A DNA stretch of 39,611 bases from a virus (lineage: Duplodnaviria > Caudoviricetes), in the IMG/VR virus record IMGVR_UViG_3300036798_000368, positions 1 through 39,611 of that record; one strand, written 5' to 3'. Below are positions 34,361 through 39,611 of the stretch, piece by piece. A program made the position numbers and the translations under genes. Position 1 is the first letter of the stretch; each line of letters opens with the position of its first letter. The notes beneath the pieces are model-generated. The model was given only the letters and a program-made list of their open reading frames with translations, did not search any database and had not been told where the DNA came from.

Positions 34361-34525
34361 GTGTTGTGTCGTGCAGTGCCGTGCCGTGACGTGCCGTGGT
34401 GTGATGTGACATGTTGCGACGTGACGTGGCGTGAGGTGGCGTGGAGTGGAGTGCGGTGCGGTGCCGTGGCGTCCTGTGATGTGCTGTGGGGTGCGGTGCG
34501 GTGCAGTGTTGTGATGTGACGTGAT
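34361..34525 (-). repeat. Array A: 33 x NN-CAC pentamers (putative guide RNA array)
   Basis: Unbroken 5-bp phase; starts 15 nt after the terS stop; followed by AATAGGAG. Confidence 0.92.
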
Positions 34526-34540
34526 GAAAAGCGGGCATCG

Positions 34541-34876
34541 TCAGGATCGAACTCCGGTCAAAACGTTGACGATTATCGTTTGCCGCGGGTCGCTGCTATC
34601 GCCGTCGAACGGCGCCGGCCTTCCCCAGGCATAGGCCAGAACATCCCGACACGCCGCCGCGCGCACCGTCTCGACCTTGGCATGGAGTGCCAACCTAATA
34701 AGTTCCGCCGCCACCTTCGGCGCCGCGTCGATCGCGAGCTGACGCCCTAGCCGCTCCGAGAGCTTGCCGAGCGGCCGGCCGCCCTTCTTGCCGTTTTCCG
34801 CCGAGGCCTTGGCCTTGGCCGCCGAGGCGCCTTCGAACGGCTTAAAATGCCGCGTTCCGGGCAGGCTTCCGGTCAT
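34541..34876 (-). CDS. terS: Probable terminase small subunit
   Basis: ENGKKGGRP, ELIRLAL.AK.ETVR.AA...AWGRP, C-terminal IIVNVLTGV; first late gene, upstream of terL once the insertion is removed. Confidence 0.6.
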   Translation of the reverse strand: MTGSLPGTRHFKPFEGASAAKAKASAENGKKGGRPLGKLSERLGRQLAIDAAPKVAAELIRLALHAKVETVRAAACRDVLAYAWGRPAPFDGDSSDPRQTIIVNVLTGVRS

Positions 34877-34980
34877 TTGATTGAACCAAATTGGTACTGG
34901 CGCATTTTGCGATTCGTCTAGTGTTCCTACACGCTGGATGATACTTGCCCCAATACTACACAGAAAAGGAACTAAGCCAA

Positions 34981-35250
34981 ATGTCAAAAGATCGAACAAG
35001 ACAAGCGCTGGCGCTTTCCGCAAGACTGTCGCGGCCGTCCCCGGCGGCCCTTCCCGGCATCACCGCCGGCGCGATCGCGTCGCTCGAGGCCGAGACCGTC
35101 CGCGTCCTGCGGGAGGCCACCGCCGCCGCCAATGGTCACGCCAGCGCCCACATCGTCGTGAGCGACGGCGCGCTCTCCGGCTACGTCCAAGACGGCCACA
35201 CCACGGTCCGCTTCGGCGGTGGCGCGGTCGCCGTCACGACCCGCGCTTAA
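34981..35250 (+). CDS. Hypothetical protein divergent from terS
   Basis: AAAGGA RBS then ATG at 34981. Confidence 0.5.
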   Translation: MSKDRTRQALALSARLSRPSPAALPGITAGAIASLEAETVRVLREATAAANGHASAHIVVSDGALSGYVQDGHTTVRFGGGAVAVTTRA

Positions 35251-35561
35251 ACCGCCAGCGGAGGCCGCTGAAGGCACCCTTTGGCGGCCCCCGCACCTCC
35301 CCCCCTCATTTTAGGTTTGTTGCGGAGCCAGTCCTCGATCGCCGCGTCGAGGTAATCTCGACCGTAGCTTTCGTCCCCCATTGCATCGGAAATTCGCGCC
35401 ACAAGCCCACAGAGAACCGACAACAGCATGGACTGGGCTCGTTCCCCGGAAATTTCGGCATAGCGCATCACCTGCAGATTTCTGGCGATCGCCGTCTGCA
35501 GGTCGTCGAGCAGCTTCATGCCGAGGTCTCGCTCTAGCCCGCTCGGATAAAATTCTTGCAT
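35247..35561 (-). CDS. Hypothetical protein
   Basis: AGGAG RBS; follows the initiator gene. Confidence 0.55.
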   Translation of the reverse strand: MQEFYPSGLERDLGMKLLDDLQTAIARNLQVMRYAEISGERAQSMLLSVLCGLVARISDAMGDESYGRDYLDAAIEDWLRNKPKMRGGGAGAAKGCLQRPPLAV

Positions 35562-35564
35562 CGC

Positions 35565-36260
35565 TCAGGTCTCCTTTGGCACCTTGGCGCCAAACAGCTG
35601 TTTGGCGGCGGGCGAAAATTGCACCGGCTGGTCGCGATAGGCGGCGAGCTTCGCCTCGTCGAGCGCCGGGATGGTCGCGTCTCCATTGCCCGGCCGATCT
35701 CTGGCCTTTTTCGCCTTGCTTTGCGCGCTAGCCCGCCTCTCCAGCGGGCGCGGCGACGCGCGCGGCATTCTGGTAGAAAGATTCAGATTAGACTCTGGTT
35801 CTGGTAGTGGGGGGAAATTTTGCTTGGATTTTTGCTTGAAATTTTGCTTGGATTTTGCTTGAGGTTTTGCTTGAGGTTTTGCTTGGCGCACCACCGTTGA
35901 TTTTATTCCACCTTCCCGCCCAGATGCCACCCTTTCCCTGGCTTTTTTCAGCTCACGTTCTACGCGATTATGGCGCCACATTCCGATGGGGTTATCGGGG
36001 GGTATATCGGGGGGTATATCGGGGGGTATATCGGGGGGTATATTCTCAAAGTACCCTTCCAGAAATGGCCGTAAGCGCTTCCATTTGTTGACATGCACGC
36101 GAACCAGCCTAGCTAAAGTTTTATCGTCGGAAAAAAGAGGGCCACCGTTTGTCCAATAGGAATCAATTAGGCGCCGATAGGCCCCGTCTTGTTCAAGCGA
36201 AAGGGCCATCGTGTCGCGCAAATAATCGCCCGGATAAAACGGGAAATGATTGAGGCTCAT
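35565..36260 (-). CDS. DUF1376/YdaU-type replication initiator
   Basis: FPFYPGDYLRDTMALSLEQDGAYRRLIDSYW..GGPL; internal iterons. Confidence 0.82.
   Translation of the reverse strand: MSLNHFPFYPGDYLRDTMALSLEQDGAYRRLIDSYWTNGGPLFSDDKTLARLVRVHVNKWKRLRPFLEGYFENIPPDIPPDIPPDIPPDNPIGMWRHNRVERELKKARERVASGREGGIKSTVVRQAKPQAKPQAKSKQNFKQKSKQNFPPLPEPESNLNLSTRMPRASPRPLERRASAQSKAKKARDRPGNGDATIPALDEAKLAAYRDQPVQFSPAAKQLFGAKVPKET
35818..35885. repeat. 6 x TTTTGCTTG iteron-like repeats (candidate origin)
   Basis: Copies at 35818, 35830, 35842, 35853, 35865 and 35877. Confidence 0.75.
35993..36040. repeat. 4 x 12-bp tandem repeat TATCGGGGGGTA
   Basis: Perfect tandem copies encoding IPPD x4. Confidence 0.85.
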
Positions 36261-37738
36261 CCGGCGGCCTCGCGCGCATCGTTGCCAAACGGCCCGTCAT
36301 CGCCATTCCGGAGGCATCCAGTCGGCCATAGATGCCGCGATACGTCACTTCCCCCAAACAGCGGCCCGTCATCGCGCGGCCTGCCTTGGGCCTTGATGCT
36401 TTCGCGCGAACGCTCGTCAGGTCCGGCAAGAACAAGCGCCATGCGACGCTGAATGTCACTAATATATTCTGGCTCGCGTTCAATAAGAACGGCGCGGAAA
36501 CCTTCGCGAAAACACGCTTCGCCAGTCGCGCCGGTGCCAGCAAACAAATCCAGGCATGTTCCACCTTTTGGTGTGGCTAAGCGGACGAGATATTGAATGA
36601 GGTCGATGGGCTTGACGGTAGGGTGTTTCGATCCTAGCCGATCATCGGAGTCCGCCTTCGCGGAATAAAAAAAGCGCGCGGCAGAGCCGGAGTCGCCAAC
36701 ATATGACGCATTACTTCCAGCCCTTGGCGTTATGCCGCTATCAAATATGCTCGTTTTGCTGTCGTTTTTCTTCGCAGACCCGCATGGTTGACAGCTCTCA
36801 GGAAACGCCGCGAGCACTTCCTCGCTGCCGTCGTGGATGAGATTGGCCGGCCAGCGGCCGAGAGCACTATCAGGCGTTGGCTCACGCTCATAATTTGGGC
36901 CGCTCATGCAGGTGTTGACGGATGCCTTGCTGCCGCTCTTTGACCATCCGCTTTCAAACTGGCCAGGAATCTTGCACGCCCCAACATTGATAGCGCCGGT
37001 CCCCCATTTGAGAATATTTTGGATGCCGTTCAATCCGCGCTCGAAAGGCTTTTGCCCCATGTAGATTGGCTCAAGTGCGGGCTTGAGCGATTGCGTGCCA
37101 TAGAACCATCCATCCCATTCACGGGAGGAAGCGGTGGCGGGGGCCGTTATGTCCATCGTTGTTACTCCTTCAGCCCATGGTCGCTTCCACCCTTTGTTTA
37201 TATTCTCGCTGCCAGCACTTGGAGTTTTCTTTATCGTTCTCACAACCTCCCTTTCCACCCCAGCTATCCGATCAATATGCTTGCTCACCGAATGCGCTTT
37301 CGGAAATCCTGTTCCAAAACACCAGCCGATCATCGGATGCGTGATGAGTCCAGCGTCCTCGATCGCGCAGGCCATCCGATGGTAGGTGCGAGAGCTGGAG
37401 AACGCGAGGAGGTATCCGCCCGGCTTGAGGACGCGCAGGCATTCGGCCCATAATTTGATATCGAATGCGATATCGCCGCCATCCCATTTGGCCCCCATGA
37501 ATCCGCCGGACAGACGCTTATATTGGCCGGCATTTATATACTCCAAGTTCTTTGTCTTTGGTTGCTCAAGATTAGATCGCCGCTCATTGGAGAAGCGCTT
37601 GACAATTGATTGGAGGTGGTAAGGCGGGTCACAACAGATTGAATCGATGGAATTATCCGCAAGATTACGCAAAACTTCGCGACAATCACCGGCATGCAAA
37701 ATCACGCGGCCATCGAGAAAAGATTGCGGCGCGCTCAC
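36257..37738 (-). CDS. DNA methyltransferase (N6-A/N4-C, beta-class order)
   Basis: DPPY catalytic motif N-terminal; HPTVKP; LDLFAGTG SAM motif C-terminal; no cognate restriction gene seen. Confidence 0.9.
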   Translation of the reverse strand: MSAPQSFLDGRVILHAGDCREVLRNLADNSIDSICCDPPYHLQSIVKRFSNERRSNLEQPKTKNLEYINAGQYKRLSGGFMGAKWDGGDIAFDIKLWAECLRVLKPGGYLLAFSSSRTYHRMACAIEDAGLITHPMIGWCFGTGFPKAHSVSKHIDRIAGVEREVVRTIKKTPSAGSENINKGWKRPWAEGVTTMDITAPATASSREWDGWFYGTQSLKPALEPIYMGQKPFERGLNGIQNILKWGTGAINVGACKIPGQFESGWSKSGSKASVNTCMSGPNYEREPTPDSALGRWPANLIHDGSEEVLAAFPESCQPCGSAKKNDSKTSIFDSGITPRAGSNASYVGDSGSAARFFYSAKADSDDRLGSKHPTVKPIDLIQYLVRLATPKGGTCLDLFAGTGATGEACFREGFRAVLIEREPEYISDIQRRMALVLAGPDERSRESIKAQGRPRDDGPLFGGSDVSRHLWPTGCLRNGDDGPFGNDAREAAG

Positions 37739-37926
37739 GGCTCTACCGGCTCCCCAAGTTTTATTTCCTCGCGCTTTTTCCGCGCAAAGGCGCGGGCCGC
37801 GGTCCGGCGCTTTTCGACGTAATCGGGATCGGTCTTGGAGCGCTGCAGATAGTAATCGTGATAATATCCATTCCGAAGCTTCCGTTTATATTCCGCATAG
37901 ACCTTGGGCCCTTTCGCGACGCTCAT
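37735..37926 (-). CDS. Small basic hypothetical protein
   Basis: ATGA coupling on both sides. Confidence 0.55.
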   Translation of the reverse strand: MSVAKGPKVYAEYKRKLRNGYYHDYYLQRSKTDPDYVEKRRTAARAFARKKREEIKLGEPVEP

Positions 37927-38366
37927 CGCCCAGCCTCCCGCGAAACGACCTTGACCCGCACGCATCCCCACCCGTCAAACGTCTGGAGAACCTGATTGAT
38001 CTTCCAGGCGACGACATGCGGAATCCCCACCTTTAGGCACCACCGGCGCAGTTCGTCCTGTTCTTCGCTCAGCTCCTCGCCGAGGCGTTTCAACTCAAGA
38101 AAATGGGGGAGCGCACGGGGCGAGATCAGCAAGATGTCGGGCCAGCCTCTTTGCAGGCCGAATCTTTTCATCCGCGCCGCCGTGATGATGTCCCGGAGGC
38201 CGCCGCTCGGCATGTGAGTCCAGCGCCAATCCGGCAGGCAATGGGCGCGCAGCAGGTCGGCGACAGCAATTTGTAATTCGCACTCTTCCGGCGTCGGGAC
38301 GCGCAACTTGCGGAGGCGCGGCTTGCCGCCGGCGGCAAGCACCAGGAGGGGCGGATCGGCGGTCAT
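37923..38366 (-). CDS. VRR-NUC family nuclease
   Basis: EECELQ...GWPDILL...FLELKR....LSEEQ. Confidence 0.82.
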   Translation of the reverse strand: MTADPPLLVLAAGGKPRLRKLRVPTPEECELQIAVADLLRAHCLPDWRWTHMPSGGLRDIITAARMKRFGLQRGWPDILLISPRALPHFLELKRLGEELSEEQDELRRWCLKVGIPHVVAWKINQVLQTFDGWGCVRVKVVSREAGR

Positions 38367-38737
38367 GGCCGCACTTCGCCACGCATCCTGCTTGCCCCCG
38401 CCTCGCCGAGCGCCGTCGTCGCGAAATCGCCCAGGGCGGATAGATATTGCTCAAGGAGCGCGTCGGCCGCCTCGCGCTGTTCCTCGGTGAGCTTGCGGCG
38501 CCTGACGATGGCGCGCACGGTGTCGCGATCATAGCCGGCTTGCTTCAGCTCCTTGAGAACTTGCTGGCGGTCAGAAGTATTTTCTTTTTGCTCGGCCTCC
38601 AGAACCTCGATCCGCTCGATATAGCCGCGCAGATCCTCGCCGCTCACCGTATTCCGCAGCGGCTCGCCGCTGTCGTCGCCGTAGCTGGTGGCCCAGTCAT
38701 CTTTGGGCTTATTCTTGCTGCCTAGCCGCGTTGCCAT
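38363..38737 (-). CDS. GapR/DUF2312-family DNA-binding protein
   Basis: LRGYIERIEVLEAEQKE...ELKQAGYD..TVRAIVRRRK.....EADALLEQYLSALG. Confidence 0.85.
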   Translation of the reverse strand: MATRLGSKNKPKDDWATSYGDDSGEPLRNTVSGEDLRGYIERIEVLEAEQKENTSDRQQVLKELKQAGYDRDTVRAIVRRRKLTEEQREAADALLEQYLSALGDFATTALGEAGASRMRGEVRP

Positions 38738-38749
38738 TTTCGTTTCCTT

Positions 38750-38989
38750 TCATTCCGCCGCCTCGTCCTTTGGCGCGGGCAGCAGGAAATCGTTGGGGGT
38801 CACCGCGCCGTCGGTCGCTTTGGCGATTTTGACCATAACGTCAGGGGCCGGAACGCGCGTGCCGGCCAGATACCTGTTGACGGAAATGTGGCCCACGCCG
38901 ATGCGCCGCGCGAAGTCTGCTGGGGAGATCCCTTCGCGAGCCATAAAATCTGCAAGCTTCACACCGCGCATAAAATCTGCAAGCTTCAT
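38750..38989 (-). CDS. cro: Cro-like HTH protein
   Basis: ISPADFARRIGVGHISVNRYLAGTRVP...ATDGAVTPNDF; divergent from cI. Confidence 0.85.
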   Translation of the reverse strand: MKLADFMRGVKLADFMAREGISPADFARRIGVGHISVNRYLAGTRVPAPDVMVKIAKATDGAVTPNDFLLPAPKDEAAE

Positions 38990-38994
38990 ACCGC

Positions 38995-39023
38995 ATCAAT
39001 GCCATAATGGAATTAAAAAGCAA
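38995..39023 (-). promoter_or_regulatory. PR-like promoter with operator
   Basis: TTGCTT-N17-ATTGAT; operator ATGCCA-TAA-TGGAAT (38999-39013); ATG 5 nt after the -10. Confidence 0.55.
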
Positions 39024-39092
39024 CTGATTTTTCCCAAAAATTGATACCCCCATTTGAGTATTCATGCCTATTCCGGCCCGGAACCGCGCGTG

Positions 39093-39107
39093 CTACCATT
39101 CTGGCAA
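39093..39107 (+). promoter_or_regulatory. Operator overlapping the cI -10 element and start codon
   Basis: CTACCA-TTC-TGGCAA; ATG at 39107. Confidence 0.55.
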
Positions 39108-39604
39108 TGAATCCAATGAATCGGCTCATGTTCTTCCGCAAGCGCCTCGGAATAACGGCGTCCGAGCTCGCGCGCCGCGTCGGCGCGCAGCAGCCGGAAA
39201 TATGGCGGCTTGAGCGCTGGCCGGAGCCCGGCGGCCGCAAGATGACCCGCGAATGGGCCGACCGCCTGGCGAAGCCGCTGGGCGTGTCGCCGTTCCAGCT
39301 GCTGTATAGCGATCTCGATGAAATGATGGGCGATGCGCTCCCGCCCGCGGTGCTTCCGGAAAAGGAGTTTATCGAGCGATTTCTGCCGGTTATTGCAGAC
39401 TGTGCGGCGCTGCTTTGCGGCGTTTTCGAGATTCCCGTGGAAAGCCCGGAGGCGGTCGCGGCGCTTGCGGAAGGGCTTGCACGACTTCTTGCAAAGCGAG
39501 GGCGCGCTGGACCACCTTCCGCGAAGGACATTCTTCGGCTAAGGCGCGCGTTGCCGCCAGTTCCGCCCGGAACCACTCCCGTAAAGCCGCGACCTCATAG
39601 GTAG
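39107..39604 (+). CDS. cI: CI-like XRE-HTH repressor without a recognisable S24 peptidase domain
   Basis: NRLMFFRKRLGITASELARRVGAQQPEIWRLE...LAKPLGVSPFQLL; divergent from cro. Confidence 0.78.
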   Translation: MNPMNRLMFFRKRLGITASELARRVGAQQPEIWRLERWPEPGGRKMTREWADRLAKPLGVSPFQLLYSDLDEMMGDALPPAVLPEKEFIERFLPVIADCAALLCGVFEIPVESPEAVAALAEGLARLLAKRGRAGPPSAKDILRLRRALPPVPPGTTPVKPRPHR

Positions 39605-39611
39605 CCGCCCG
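39485..39611. repeat. Terminal direct repeat, right copy
   Basis: Identical to 1-127. Confidence 0.95.

Larger units (their letters stand above)
1..39484. mobile_element. Complete circular temperate phage genome, podovirus-type morphogenesis module, probable alphaproteobacterial host
   Basis: 127-bp terminal overlap; intact attP; integrase, cI/cro, terminase, portal, capsid and lysis genes; no tape-measure or sheath gene recognised. Confidence 0.92.

Noticed and set aside
32905-34525. Classical CRISPR array
   Set aside because: No 23-47-bp repeats with unique spacers and no cas1/cas2; the constant element is only 3 nt
32884-34538. His/Thr/Pro/Arg-rich ORFs (32884-33264, 32900-33340, 33730-34161, 33801-34130, 34356-34538) and their Val/Cys-rich antisense ORFs
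   Set aside because: By-products of the 5-bp NN-CAC period; open in several frames at once, so the constraint is at nucleotide level
36257-38366. Restriction-modification system from the MTase and VRR-NUC genes
   Set aside because: VRR-NUC and orphan MTases are routine phage early genes; nothing indicates a cognate restriction pair

Overview
The window is a complete, circularly assembled temperate phage genome of about 39,484 bp. A 127-bp terminal overlap (1-127 = 39485-39611) closes the circle. The host is most likely an alphaproteobacterium: the genome carries GTTC-N7-GTTC LexA boxes, a GapR-like gene and an attP that copies the 3' half of tRNA-Thr(GGT). Layout: a cI/cro switch; a + strand arm (RecT/Bet, Xis-like protein, tyrosine integrase, attP, accessory genes); a - strand arm (GapR-like, VRR-NUC, DNA methyltransferase, DUF1376 initiator with iterons); then terminase, a split portal, scaffold, capsid, podovirus-type tail and ejection proteins, tail fibre and lysis genes. 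The main discovery is a ~2.8-kb insertion between terS and terL. It encodes a small RAMP/Cas7-like protein among three strictly phased (NN-CAC)n arrays of 33, 61 and 62 units, and a fourth 15-unit array lies in the lysis region. Reading only the variable NN dinucleotides as NNx triplets gives near-matches to phage genes in codon phase, skipping the wobble base. One segment matches the reconstructed insertion-free terS|terL junction (18/20 nt), one matches the gene beside the distant array (12/12 then 9/10 nt), and one spells the GQSGNPxG motif typical of DUF5681-type terS proteins. This suggests an RNA-guided, non-contiguous-code system aimed at related phages. It resembles the VIPR systems I recall (GGY/NN), but here with a CAC scaffold and homing-like self-avoidance. 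All annotations come from manual motif recognition; no database searches were run.
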